Counted from the stretch's first letter, positions 1 to 13,569 are shown. The stretch is 64,000 nucleotides of DNA from Nageia nagi (GCA_050084985.1 JBITNC010000002.1:36022001-36086000), one strand, 5' to 3'. Program-made: numbers and translations. The notes: generated by a model not told the origin, from the letters alone.

Positions 1-365
1 TAATCCACAGCAAAATGCTGTACAATTCTCTTCAATACAATGCCTCCAATGTTCACATGAACATCCACACACCACAACTGTGTCTAAACCTTCAATGTTC
101 TCAACCGAACATTCATACAAGATTGAAAATCCCAATCTCCTTTTGCAATACCAGCAAAGCTAATTCTCTCTCAGAGAATAATATATTTACAGGATTTAAT
201 TTTAAAATGCTTTTTGCATGCTTTCCCTTGGATCTATTTTTAGTTACACTAAGTACTTCAGTAAAGGAGGAGTTACAAACTTAAAAATAAACTCAATTAC
301 ATGCAACTCCGGTTAAACAACAGATTCCCAATCATCCCACCAAATCAGGATTCACAATCCTAACA
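1..365 (-). repeat. 3' LTR (partial)
   Basis: Highly similar to about 1820-2182. Preceded on the minus strand by the purine-rich tract GAGTCGGAGGT. Confidence 0.9.
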
Positions 366-824
366 ACCTCCGACTCAGAGATTGATCCGCAACAATTCAA
401 CCACTATTGCATCCGCTGAAAACAAATCTTCAACCAAGCAAGGAATGTCACCTCCTCCAGATTGTCCTTTCACCATGCTTTGAACCACCACACTGGATTA
501 GTGTCAACCTTGTACCTTCTCCTATGATCAACAAGCAAAATGACAATCTACCTACCATAAATCAATGATAATAACAACATCCTTAGAATTACTATGTATC
601 ATGGTGAACCAAACATCACCATCGTAGCAAGATCTACATACTATGGATGACCCATAACATGCACACACATAATATGGTTTTGCCACTAGCTTTGAAAGCA
701 CACTCCCCGAGTGTGGTATTACCTACCAACTTAGAGACTTGGGGTTGCAATGATCCAAAGCTATAACCATATTATGTGTTCCATCCTAAGATCATACAAT
801 AAATCTTGAGCCATGTCCATTTTC

Positions 825-1618
825 CTAGACATGTCTCCCAGCTCCTACTGCTTGCTCATCCTCTGTAGATGAAAGAATCAAGGCCTCTTCCTTGATTACA
901 TTTGCATCCTTTTCCTCTACTTTTTGAGCCCAACAATCTTTCTTCAAGTGCCCCTTCTTGTGATAATACCAGCATTCCAAGTTTCCCTTGGACTTGGACC
1001 CACTTTGCTCTTCACAGTTCCCCGAACTCACTCCTCTTGTCTTTTGTTTTCCTTTGGTAATCAATGGTACAGCAGATGATGACTCTTCTATGCTCTTCCT
1101 TCGCATCTCATGACCAAGGACTGCACTCACCGCATCATCAAAAGAAAGAACACCAGAAATAGTACTAATAGCCATTACCAAGCTCTCCTAGCTCTCAAGT
1201 AATGAAATAAGAATAGAATACTAACAACCGTATTGAACTCATTTAAATGACTAGCCACAGATTCAACTTCTGGCATACACAAATTATAAAGTTGTTTCAC
1301 TAAGAATACCTTGTTTGATGTCCAAGCATTTTCATAAAGCTTTTTCAGTGCATACATAAGATCCTTTGCAGTATTTTCCTTAGAGACATTGAATGCCAAA
1401 GAAGATGTGAGACTCAACCGGATAACAGCCAATGCATTCCTATTAAGAAGACTCCACTCCTTATCCATCATAGAAGAAGGTTTCTTCGCTGCTTCTTCCA
1501 TAGATAGATAGAAATCTTTCATCAACAACAAGTCTTCAATCTCCATTTGCCAAAAATGGTAATTATTTCCATTGAATTTCTGCACTTCGAATTTTGATAT
1601 ATCTTTCATTGCTCCCAC
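825..1618 (-). pseudogene. Copia gag (UBN2-type) with degenerate zinc knuckle, frameshifted near 1180
   Basis: ORFs 1175-1618 (KFEVQKFNGNNYHFWQMEIEDLL..., NKVFLVKQLYNL) and 825-1181 (CWYYHKKGHLKKDC) resemble Tnt1-type gag. Confidence 0.88.
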
Positions 1619-1661
1619 TCAAACTGAAAACTCTCCAATTTCTGAATACACCCAACAGTTA

Positions 1662-1673
1662 GCTCTGATACCA
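1662..1673 (-). promoter_or_regulatory. Primer-binding site (tRNA-iMet)
   Basis: TGGTATCAGAGC on the minus strand, 2 nt from the 5' LTR end. Confidence 0.92.
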
Positions 1674-1675
1674 GT

Positions 1676-2182
1676 TGTTGGGGTTCAACCAATTCAGAAT
1701 TAAATACAGAGAATTACAAATAAGACAATAGACACAAGATATAATGTGGTTCGGCTAGGAGAGCCTACATCCACCTGAAGCAATTAATTTGGTATTATTT
1801 CAACCACATAAGGAATTACAATTCACAGCAAAATGCTGTACAATTCTCTTCAATACAATGCCTCCAATGTTCACATGAACATCCACACACCACAACCGTA
1901 TTTCAGCCTTCAATATTCTCAACCGAACATTCATACAAGATTGAAAACCCCAATCTCCCTTTGCAATACTAGCAAAGCTAATTCTCCCTTAAAGAATAAT
2001 ATATTTATTAGATTTAATCCTGAAATTCTTTTTGCATGCTTTCTCTTGGATCTATTTTTAGTTACACTAAGTACCTCAGTAAAGGAGGAGTTACAAACTT
2101 AAAAATAACCCAATTATATGCAACTCCGGTTAAACAGCAGATCCCCAATTATCCCACCAAATCAGGATCCTCAATCCTAACA
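1676..2182 (-). repeat. 5' LTR (507 bp)
   Basis: TGTTG...TAACA termini, adjacent to the PBS. Confidence 0.9.
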
Positions 2183-3340
2183 AATTGTTTATAGAAATGA
2201 AAACCCATCTCTCTGAGTATTTTCATTTATATGAGCAAAACAATGACTTAACAAGAAGATCCTCAATTGTGCCATATCCTACTTATAAGAATCAGATAGT
2301 TACATGCTTACAATGTGATTTAACTTCTCGAGTATTCTCATTACCAACATGTTAGGTCAACAATGAACAATAAGCAATGTGGTGATGCCAAATGTTACAC
2401 AATTGTAATATAGCAGATAATCAGCAGAAACAAAAGATGAATGAGATTAGTTAAGAATAAGCAAAGAATTGTGTATCAAACCAGATAAATCTTAGTGCTG
2501 ATGGAAAAACGAAATAGTCTTCAGAGATAGTTCCTTACAAAATAAATAAATGCCATGGGACACAAATATTATAAACCCAACTAAACCAATTAAGTGATTA
2601 AACAATCAATTCTGTTTAAATTTCTCATAAACAAGAAACGGGTTTACTAGATCAGATATGGAAGGAAAAATAATCTTGAACTGTCAAATTCTTAGGTGCG
2701 ACTAGTGTACAAAATGAAAAAAATGTTAACATGGCATACATAGTTTTATCTTTCTGAGCAAATATTTCTGATTTTCCTGGAGCTAATCAACATCATATTC
2801 TCATAACATAATAGGAAAGTGTAATTGTGTAGTGCTGTAAAGTTGAACCAAAAACTCTACAAGGATAGTATTTTTAAAATTTAAATAAATCAATTAAACA
2901 TAAAGTAACATCACTCCTTACGTTAGATTGACCAACAACCTCCCACTGCTAAAAAGAGTCAATAATAAAAGATAGATCAACAATAACTAATAATTACCTA
3001 GGGAAATCTCAACACAGAGGTTGAATTGCTAGCACCAATCTTTCGAAGCTATGTAAGATGAATCACTGCAACTCTCAATAATATATTACTACTAAACTTT
3101 AGAATTTGTAATCAATCATATCAAAACAGTTTGTTTTGTGCTTGTATATCTTGTACAATCCCAAAAATATATTACTACTAAATATTTTGTTTTGTTTTAA
3201 GTTGTTTCAGTTATGCTTGTTTTGTATAGGATTCTCATGGAGACCCTATTAGATGCTTTCAGTTTGATCTTTTTGTGAGGAGCTCATTGAAAACGTGAAT
3301 ATTTTATAGGGTCCTTTCAAAACCCTTTTTTTATCCTATA

Positions 3341-3378
3341 TAATAATAATAATAACAATAATAATAATAATAATAATA
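3341..3378. repeat. (AAT)n microsatellite
   Basis: Directly visible, with one AAC interruption. Confidence 0.95.
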
Positions 3379-4426
3379 TTTTATTCATTAAAAGAATAGT
3401 GGTTTCTAAGATGTAAAATATGAACTATGATGTCCTGCTTTACCTAACAAACATAGCATAGATGTTATGCTAATGTATTATCAAGAGCATGCACATTAAA
3501 CAATTTTTTGTAAGTACGCAAGGGAAAATGTATGAGCAGTGCTAAATCCAACTCAAGGTGGTAAGAATGAACCTCATACTACTACGTGAATGAAAGCTAA
3601 GATTGACGAACTATTTTCACCAATTCCATTAGGCTCATAAGTATTGATCCTAATCCTCTTATGACCATAGGATTATGGCATAGGGTTGGAGCCACATGCG
3701 ATCCCTTAGAGGTTCTTGATGGCAAGGAAACACAAATAATGTTGACTTTAGAATGGGTTCTCCTTGGAAGATTTGGTATTGCTATTATCCTTTTCCCAAT
3801 AGAGTGTTCTGGTGTACATGCAAACTCAAAAGATTTTCCTTGTTTTAGGTCTATATTTAGGTGCTGCTTGAGCATTCTAACTCTTTATAATAGGAGTAAT
3901 TGGTGTTTTGTGTGATCAAGTTGAGAGGTGATTATAAAACACAATACAATTTTCTAAAACACTTCAGACAATTATATCATGACTCTCCTATATAATTACA
4001 TGATCATTTTATTACAAAACTATAAAGATGTGCTATTACATTAATTTATAGAATAATAATTCTATAATTGCATGGTGCAACCCACAAACAACAGAAAATG
4101 CACATAAGGGTAAGATAATAATTGAATTCTACACTATATTTTATATGGATTTCATTCATGAGAATCATCATAAAATTGAAAAAATATCTAAATGTATTTA
4201 ACACCATCCAATAGTTTGTTGTCTTGTAACGCATTTAAAATTTAAATTGATTTTGGTCAATTACTGATAGGATAAGAAAAGCAATAGTTAAAAACATGAA
4301 AGGTAGTAATAAACATCATAACATGAAAAGTTCTTGGGAGTTCATATGGCATAAGAAATAGAGCACTAGCTATGAGGCAAAAAATTTGGTATTAAGAAGG
4401 TGAGAAAGAATGATACGTAGCCATAC

Positions 4427-4780
4427 CTTTATTTTCATAGGTTCCTTCGACTCTTTGTCTTCACATGAAGAATAGTTCACTGATTCGCAACTCTCACCTC
4501 TTGGTGGCAAAATCCTGGAGTCCCAGGAAACAAAGTAGATATCCCCATCAAGATCACTTCCTGAAGCTTCATTAGGATGAGGTCTATGACCTTTTTGTGG
4601 GAAAACCAAGCAATCAACTAAATGATGTAAACTAGGTGTATCAATTGCTTCTAAAATTTGAACATCTCTAGGATGTAAGAAAGGATTCTTGGCCACAATC
4701 ACCTTTCCTTTTATAACTCTTGGAATCATTTGCCTTCTTTGAAAGCTTGAGCTATCTTTAATAAAGCCTTTCTTAAAATA
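4427..4780 (-). pseudogene. RDR6: RNA-dependent RNA polymerase (RDR6-like) catalytic exon fragment
   Basis: Reads VAKNPFLHPRDVQILEAID...LVDCLVFPQKGHRPHPNEASGSDLDGDIYFVSWD. It has the DLDGD alpha-clade motif, and NEASG is typical of RDR6. Ends at an AG|GTATGG donor (4426). Conserved PCLHPGD is altered and homology is lost above about 4780. Confidence 0.85.
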
Positions 4781-5156
4781 GTACCTTTTCTTATACACAA
4801 TAATTTTTGTGTTTGTCATCTTGTGCAAATTTTTTTTAAGCTTAGAATTATATATAGGGAGTTGATTAAAAGTGTGAGGATATCTTTTAAACCCTGATGG
4901 TCTATCTCTCAGGTGAACTGTTGGAAAACTTACAATTGAATCCTCATTTTCCTTTCAACTGCAGAATCAAAAGGGACAAGATGTCCAAATCATTGTTTCA
5001 ATATGGAGTTTGACTGAGAAAAACTAATGTTAATACCACTTCATGACAAGAAAAGTTACCCAAAAGGCCAATAAATCTGATTGTTCAGTTTTCATTACAC
5101 CATCGTTTTATGTGTTACATAGAGTGCAATTGCATATAGATATAAGAATACATATA

Positions 5157-5263
5157 CCATTTTCAACTACTTCTTGATGGATGCCCATACCTTCTTCTAG
5201 AGCTCCCATGGTGGAACATGCTAAAAGAATACCGCAAATGTTACAGAGTAGAAATTTACACCT
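5157..5263 (-). pseudogene. PLS-class PPR fragment (L motif)
   Basis: GVNFYSVTFA followed by frameshifted ILLACSTMGALEEGMGIHQEVVENG matches the L-motif consensus GVKPNSVTFASILPACAxxGALEQGxxIH. Confidence 0.8.
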
Positions 5264-6149
5264 CGCAGACCGTCCTCTCTTCTTCGCGAGTGTGAAAAAT
5301 TGCAAAATGAAATGCAAAAGGAGTTACACGATGTCGGAAACAAATTGAATTTTTTTAAATTTGGTGGTCGCCTAATAATTTTTTATTATTTTAAATTGAA
5401 TTTTTCAAAATTATATAGGGATTGGAGACTTTATAGTTTTTATTGATTTTCAAATTTGAAAGAAATATATAAATAATATTCATTAAATTTTGGCAATTTC
5501 TACAACATAAAAAATATAACTACAATATTTAGATATTTTTTATGCATAATAATTTTTTATTATAATTTTTTGGTTATTTTAATTTTGATTTTAGTTTTTA
5601 CTTTCTTGGATATGGTTATTTAAATTTTATATTTTCAAATGATTTTACATTTTTGGTTATTTAACTAGGGAACAAAATTTATAATTATAAAATTTTGACG
5701 ATTTAAAAAAATATTTTACTACTCAAATTATTTTAGAAATCTTGAAAATAGTCATTTTTCGAGGAATCGAGCTTAAAAAAACTTTCTCATGCGACATCAA
5801 ACTTATTTTGGTGAGGAGGTATGCATAGATGATGTAGACATTGAAGGTTAGATCCTTATCCTTTATCTTTGTTTTTGTTTATTTTTCATCAAGTCATTCC
5901 TAGGTCTAGGTAGTCGATCTTTCATTATCAATCATCCATTTTCCTTAATGGAGTGATATCGTTGGAATCCAACACTGATTCTCCATTTTTTGTGTCTCTT
6001 ATGGCTAAGTTTAGATCCAATACTCGAGGCATTTCCTATACCTCTCCAACTTAGTGATGAAATATTAGATCTTACTGAAGAAAAAATAGTGTGAAAACAT
6101 TTGTACCCAAGATGATCCAAAGTTGATCAAAATAGGAGTTTGGTGAACC

Positions 6150-7933
6150 TTGGAAGAACGAAAAAGGTACAACCTATTGTTAAAAGAGTTCTCTAATGTC
6201 TTTGTTTGGTCTTATTTTGATATGCCTAGTATTGATCCTATTTTTTTCATTCATACCTTAGTTGTCAATGAAAATGTAAAACCAGTCCAACAAAAACCTA
6301 GAAATATGCATCCTAGGGTAACCCTTGCTATTAAAAAGGAAATCAAAAAGTATCTTGGTTCTAATTTTATTTTTCCTATTGATACTCCATAGATTTCTAA
6401 CATTGTGCTTGTAGCTAAGCCTAATGGTGGAATAAGATATTGTACAGATCTCAGAGATATCAACAAGGCATATCCTAAAGATGCCTTTCCTTTGCCTAAC
6501 ATTAATATGATTGTAGATTCAACAGTAGGCCATGAAATTTTATCTTTTATGGATGGTTTTTTCGGCTACAATCAAATAAGAATCAACATAAGACAACTTT
6601 GTTACTCCTTGAGGTACATTTTATTGGGTGGTCATATCTTTTGGTCTAAAAGGTACAACTTATCAAAGAGCCATGGTGAGTATGTTCCATGATATGACCC
6701 ATGATACTGTTGAGATTTATGTTGATAATATCCTAGCAAAGTCTACAACTAAAGATGATCATATTTTAGATTTAAGAAATATTTTTCAAAGAATGAGAGA
6801 ATACAAGTTGAAATCAAAACCTCAAAAGTATGCATTCAAAGTCTTATAAGGTAAATTGTTTGGTTTCATTATTTCAAGAAGAGGTATAGAGATAGATCTT
6901 AAGAAAGTTTTAGCCATTGTTGATTTTCCTCCTCCTAAGAAAATAAAAGATTTGAGTATTCTTCAAGGAAAAGTTCAAACAGTCAAAATGTTCATTGCTC
7001 AATTAGCAGTTTTGTTGACAAAAGGTGAGAAATTCGTTTGGGATGAAAAATGTCAAAATGTTTTGGATTTAACATCAAAAGGTACCTTACTAATGCTCCA
7101 GTTTTAGCCTCTTATGATTTAGATAAGAGTTTGTTACTTTATGTTTTTGAAACATTAAGTGCATTAGGGATAATGCTAGCTCAAAAGGATGATAATAATG
7201 AGGAAAAAATAATCTATTATATCAGCAATACTTTACTTGATTATGAGATAAGGCACACTCCAATAGAAAAGATGTGTTTTGCAATAGATTTTTCAACTGA
7301 AAATTTAAGGCATCACATGCTTGAAAACATAATATATGTCATAGCTCAGGTTGATCCTCTTAGATATCTCATGTCTAAATCATACCTATTCGGAAGAGTT
7401 GAATAATGGGTAATGTTGCTTTAAGAGTTTGATTTGGTATTTGTCACTCAAAAATCAATTAAAGGATAGGCTATAACAGATTTCATTGCCAATCATCCTA
7501 GAAAAGAAGTATCACAAACTCAAGAAGAGTTTCCAGATGAAGTGGATGACCATAATGTTCATGATCCTAGCATAGTCACTATAGTCAAGAGTTGTTGCTC
7601 AAATTTCAAGCCCAAGTTTCCTCAAGTTTTCTTTAATTTTACAGAAAACGATGAATGGAACCCGTCCTTTGATGGTTCCAAGTGCATTTGCAATACAAGA
7701 GCAGGAGTTATCCTAATCAACCCTCACAATGATGTTATCTCTATGTATTATCGTTTAAGTTTTGATTGCACTAATAATATGGTAGAATATGTGGCTCTTA
7801 TTTTAGGAAGGTTGCAATACTTTTGAAGCTAGAAAAGATAATAATATTTGATGATTTCCAACTAGTAGTGAAGCAAGTGTCAAACATCTACAATACCAAA
7901 GATCCCAAGTTGTAACCATGCAAAGAAATGGTG
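6150..7933 (+). pseudogene. Ty3/gypsy Tat/Ogre-lineage pol: RT, RNase H and additional (archaeal-type) RNase H, degenerate
   Basis: RT motifs CTDLRDINKAYPKDAFPLPNI, FMDGFFGYNQI and YVDN. RNase H IYYIS...YTPIEK-like. Additional RNase H FDGSK...GVILINP...CTNNMVEY. Many stops and frameshifts. Confidence 0.92.
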
Positions 7934-9984
7934 TGTCATGACCCACCTAACCCGTGGTTCCCATGTATGTTATATGAGGTATTTTTTATATGTTAAATTA
8001 TATATGATGTCATTTTATCACATTTATATAATAATTTATTTTATTGATATGATATGGGTTTTGAGTATTTTCTTGTGTAGGATTATGTGAAACAAAGAAG
8101 ATTGATCATTGGAAAGGATACATTGGTGAGCATAGATCAAAAACATTAAATAAATTATTTTATTTCATGTGCTTAATAATGTAATAAATTTTATACGAAT
8201 ATATGTTTTATGTCTACAGGATGTAAAAAGGCTTAATAATTGATCCCTAACGTAAATTGAAATGTCTCGCTATACTTTCATTATTAGGTATTGCTCAAAA
8301 ATTAGTAATGATACTTGTTATTTTCTTAGGATACATCATGTATAATAATTTTAGTATATATCTTAAAATTATTTCGAGTAAAGAATATGGTGTGGACAAA
8401 TGTTACCTTACAAAATATACACATATAATCTAACTAGAACTATACAATTATTCTACAAATTATTTAGCCATGTTCTAAACTTTTGCATGTGGACAAAAGT
8501 ATAGAGAAAAAAGAATTCATCATGTATGTCTTCACCTTGGAAGTAATTGACAAAACTTTTGAGTTGGCATATACATTATTGGAACATGAAAAAGAAATAA
8601 AAAATTATTTAGGGGAAAGAAGAACCCATATGTTCCCCACCTACAAGGAAGTGATGACCTATGGAATAGTTTTCTGTTTTGGAGTTATGGTCTACATTTT
8701 AAAGTATAAATACTACTCCAATATTGTGAAGAAAGGAGGAAGGACTTCACTATCTTCAAATAAGAGTTGTCTTCCCTTAGTGTAGGTGCATCATCCCAAT
8801 TCTAGTATTTCCTTGCTAAAATTATAGCTTTATTATTTAAAGTAGAATGATTGATTTTATTTGATTTTAGTCTCAGAAGCCAGCATTTGTGAGGTAGAAA
8901 GATCTCTTGTATTTAGAGAAGTAGATCCCGACGTTTGAAGCGAAACGAGAGGAGTCAGTTAAAAAAAAAAAAAAGAAAAAAAAATCTCTTTGAAGTCATA
9001 TTAATAAATTTATCTCCTTTCTGTGAGTATCTCAGTATTCCCTGAAAGACCTTGCAATTTCATATATTTTGGAAACTCTTATGGGATTGACTATCGTAGT
9101 CTTTAGCTGCCTATTGTGATATTGAAATTTTGACCTCAATCCTGATGGCGATTTTTGCTGCTATTTAAATGGAATATTTGACTGGTATTTAAATCCCTTC
9201 AAAGTTCTGTTTGATACAATTTCATTTAAAGATTTGGGGCTACATTGCTTTTGAGCTGATCTCTATATATATAGAGAGAGATCTCATAAATATATTTTAT
9301 GTTGAAATTTTGTTAATTTCTGTTGTTGTTTTCTATCTTTTTTAAGTATACAAACTTTGTTTCTGGATACAATCTTTGCGAAGAGTTTTCTTCCCTTCTA
9401 ATGCTTCTTATTTATAGTATAATGTTTTTTTTTTGTGAAGAGAGGAGTTCGCATCTGAGTTTGATTAATAAACACTCCTTGATATATTTCAATGGAGATA
9501 AAAAAAGAAAAAAAAAGAAAAAAGAGAGACACCACTTCGTGGATTTCAATGGATAGTCCTATTATTAACTTCTTAAGGAAGCTAAATTTTATCTCCTTGC
9601 TAGAGAAGTGCAATATAAAAATGTCATAGAAAATAGTGATCACAAAATTTGCACAAAAAGAGCATGGTTATATTTATTAGCTATTAATGATACTACTAAT
9701 AATTAATTACAATATACTATGCTATGATTTGAGTTTAAAATAAATTTAAACTAGTTATTGCAACCAAGTGCAATGGGTACGCCGTAGAAAAATAATTGAT
9801 TTTTTTTTTATAGATAATTTATTTATGAAATTATATATTAATGAAAATTTAATTTTTGCCAAGTGTAAACTTTGGAAATAAGTTAGAACATTTACAAAGT
9901 TTGAAATTTATATTTTTGAATATAATTAAATTCAAGAAAATGATATATATATATATATATATTATTAATGTAGTTAGTAATGGA

Positions 9985-10560
9985 CATCCTTCACCTCCAT
10001 ATCAGTAAGTTGTCTCATGTGGAAATCACACATCACATGATATGTTTCCCTTAAGGCGCTTTCGATTGCCTCCTTTAAATCCCCAAATGTGGAATAAGGT
10101 GGTATCACTACCAAGTCAGGAAGCAGTGCTGATTAAGCACCTAAGGAGACTTTGCATATGATTTGAAGCATCTTGTCATCATCGAAACTCCATTGATTGG
10201 TGGAACCCCTCCTCGTCATCTCTCTTATGTAATTTTTAACTAACTTTTTGGTGTCAAGAATGATTTTGGCCACGGTCAGGATGGTCATCAGCACACTATT
10301 TTTCATTAGACTATCATTCTCCACTAAAAGTTTGTAAATGTAGTTGATGTCTTTCCACACATCGTCTTGGTCAGGAAGTCCATGACGGAAACGACATGAT
10401 TCCCCAATGACTTGAGCATGAAATCTAGCAACCTTGTATCACCAATATGAGCCCTGGCATCGTCCCTCACGTTCTAATGTGGCATCCACATCATCTTACC
10501 ATCATGGTTGATATAATCAATTATCTCCTCAATCACATGTTCAATTCTTTTATCATTATT
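9985..10560 (-). pseudogene. Captured fragment of an MS1/MMD1(DUET)/PTC1-family PHD-finger gene
   Basis: NVRDDARAHIGDTRLLDFMLKSLGNHVV matches the family signature VRDAARxHIGDTGLLD.VLKSLGN. Also DLVVIPPYSTFGDLKEAIESALRETY. Contains a stop, an internal deletion and a frameshift. Confidence 0.8.
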
Positions 10561-12880
10561 TTTTGAGAGTATAATTAGTATGCCCATTTTTTAATATCTG
10601 TAAAGTAATAATATTCATTTTTATAATAACTTTTAACAAAAAACCACCTTAAAAACTTATGTTTTTAACATCCTTAAAAAAAAATCAAAGAAAATATTTT
10701 TATAATTTTTAAATATATAAATTAATTAATTAAAAAAACTTAAACCTAATGTTAATTTTATATATACCTATATAAAAATTAAGTCTTTAGATATAATACC
10801 AATAAATGTTATTACATTATTTTAAACATTATTTTTAAGACATATTTTCATATTTGATCTCAAAACGTATTTATACCTATATCATCTCAAAATATCTTTT
10901 AAAGTATTTTAAAAAGTTTATATTATATTGATTATAATTTTTATTTTTTTAAAATTTCAAATTTACATAAATAAATATAAAAAAAATTAGAATTTAATTC
11001 ATGAAAATTATATTTATATTAAAAAAATCATAAATAAATTTATGAAGAATCTCTTTTCAATGAATTAATGGATAGAAGAGTAAAGAGAGTAAGTACTTAA
11101 AAAAAAAGAATATCTTTAATATTAAAAAAAAAAAAGAAATATTGATAATTAATTATATAATTGAATTCATATACTTATGTTACATCCTTCATTTTTTTAA
11201 TCTTAAGTACTTTAAAATAAATTAAGAGAATATTAAAACAAAATTTTTCATTCAAATTTTAATTAAATTAACTAAATTTTTACTGTGTAAATAAAACTAA
11301 ATATACATTCTATTAAAATTGAAGAGCTAAGCAACTAATATTTTTAAAAGATATATAAAATCTTACTTATTTTACTTAAAGCAAAAATCAAACATTACCA
11401 TTAATGAAACTAATTTTTATGGATCTTAATAAATTCCGAATCAGCCACCAATGCATATTGTGAGAATGCAACTTGGTGCAATGGGTAAGCCGAAATTAAA
11501 TAAAATTTTAGTATAAATATAATGAGTGCTATATGATTATGAATATTTTTGAATTGACGATGCAATAATAAAATTGAAGATTTAATTTATTATATTTTTA
11601 ATTTTTTTTTTGAATAGGGTAAATATAAAGTTATGCATTTGCATAATAAATAAAAACTTCTTGAAAGTGTATGTAGGGTTGTTAATGTATTATTAGTATA
11701 AGAATAAAAATATATATTTAAATTTATCATTAGATATAGAAATAACAATAATTATAATATTTATAAAAAAAAAAATCACTTTAACATAGAAATTAAATAA
11801 GCTTGAACTAGCATTAGAATGCAAAATGAAAATATATACATCAAATCATCTCTAACAAATCATCACTCTTACCTCAAATTATAAATAAGTATTAGGATTA
11901 TAGTAAATGCTAGAAAATACTACTCTCTTCTAGATTCTTTGCATCATGATCATAATACTTAGCGCATTGAAATATAAATGATATCTATCATCTAGATTTG
12001 TGAAAATAGAAACAATTAACATTTGCAAAAAGCATCAAAAGTAAATGCATTTATATGTGTATGAAGTCAAAACCATTACAATTGGTAATTCAATAAGATT
12101 TTCATGAAAACATGTATTGCATTTGCTAATAATTAGTCCAATGTTGCTCTCATGAGGGTTCACCTTCAATTATAGTGAATTGAACAACATTATTTGATGA
12201 CTATGTAAAACCTACATTTGCTTCTTCCTATGTAAAACCAACAATGATTCAATACTCTAGATGGAATAAATTCTTGCTGAAAATATTTAAAATTAAAAGT
12301 ATGAAAAATAAATCATGACAAACCACCAATCCTTACACTATCCTCATACACCTCTAATGATTGATAACCAATAGAATAAAATAAAAGTGCATCTTATAGG
12401 TGCAAGAATTAATCGTTGGTTTGTTCTCCACTTTAGCAATGACATTGCAATAGTCTACTATGTTACAACATATAGCCATTGACTGCAACACAACCCTCCC
12501 TAGAAAATCCCTCAACTAGCTTGTTACCCATATTATCGAGCAAAGATTACTACCAAACTACAGGAAAACATTGCCCAAACCAAAACAACTCGAACCTTAG
12601 CAACAATAGTTATTGCAATGCTAAGATCATTCTACATAATGCATTTGAGAAAATAACATTATTTATGCAATAATAATGAATCTAAATCAAAATAATAGGT
12701 TCCTTATTCTCCATTTTATATATAAGCTTTTATCTCCTTAGAGGAGTAGGTATAGATAATAGATGGAATGGATTTAGCAATGTCTTTATGAAATGCTAAC
12801 CTTTTAATAGAGATGTAGAAATGCCGAAATGAATATTTAGTATAAATGTATTTGCCTATAAAGGTAAAGATGAAGAGATC

Positions 12881-13129
12881 CTTCTAGTTCCTCTACTAAG
12901 ATACCCCTCCATGGCTAGATACCCAATAGCCTCAACTTCAACATTATCCATATCACCAAAAGACAACACCCAAGTTCATAATGGAGCCTTCAATGTGATG
13001 GGGATGGCATGCTTTACTTGTGCAGGTTCAGTTCAAAAGGCCATCAAACATCTTCCAGGAATACTTGGCACCACTACCTATGTTATTCAAAGTAAAGCCA
13101 TTGTTGTTTATCACCCTACATTTATCGAT
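12881..13129 (+). pseudogene. HMA5: Captured first exon of a copper-transporting P1B-ATPase (HMA5-like), HMA domain
   Basis: RYPSMARYP N-terminal motif and GMACFTCAGSVQKAIKHLPGI (GMxCxxC). Ends FID|GTAAGT splice donor. No downstream exons seen. Confidence 0.8.
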
Positions 13130-13569
13130 GTAAGTTGTAGCAATTTTTAGTTAATTATTTTAGAGCAGTTTTAAAGAATTGCTTGGAAGTTAGGCACGTC
13201 ATGCTTTTAGTAGTTAACTAATCTCATAATGGTTTTCATATTCACCTAAACACAACAAAGATTAAAATAAGTTAACCTATTTCAACATCCAGTGTTCATG
13301 TAAAACCTATCCCACATACTATGAACAAATTTGTTCACATCCCAAAAATTAAGGCTTCAGATTGTTTTGATGGTTTGACATGGTTAAGGAGCAATACATA
13401 CCGTTGATTCAAATAGGGCCTAATCACTCACCAAAAGATATGCCTACGATGTAATTATGTTAAATTAAACATTTAAAACCATGAATTTATGCTTCGTATA
13501 TGAAGCAAGACATTAAATGAAGTTAATATTAAAGTTTTTATGTCACCTGAAGGAAACATTTTTACTATT

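Larger units (their letters stand above)
1..2182 (-). mobile_element. Non-autonomous Ty1/copia LTR retrotransposon, gag only (TR-GAG-like); 3' LTR cut by window edge
   Basis: Direct repeats 1-365 and 1676-2182, both ending ...CCTAACA. tRNA-iMet PBS at 1662-1673. Internal region is only about 1.3 kb and contains gag but no recognisable RT/IN. Confidence 0.9.

Noticed and set aside
15-2102. Twin 89-aa ORFs (15-284, 1833-2102)
   Set aside because: They are antisense readings of the two LTRs. The similarity reflects LTR duplication, not a gene.
3597-3915. Overlapping opposite-strand ORFs
   Set aside because: No recognisable domain or splice structure.
4427-5263. RDR and PPR fragments as one functional silencing module
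   Set aside because: Adjacency alone is insufficient. Both are truncated and no shared element boundaries are visible.
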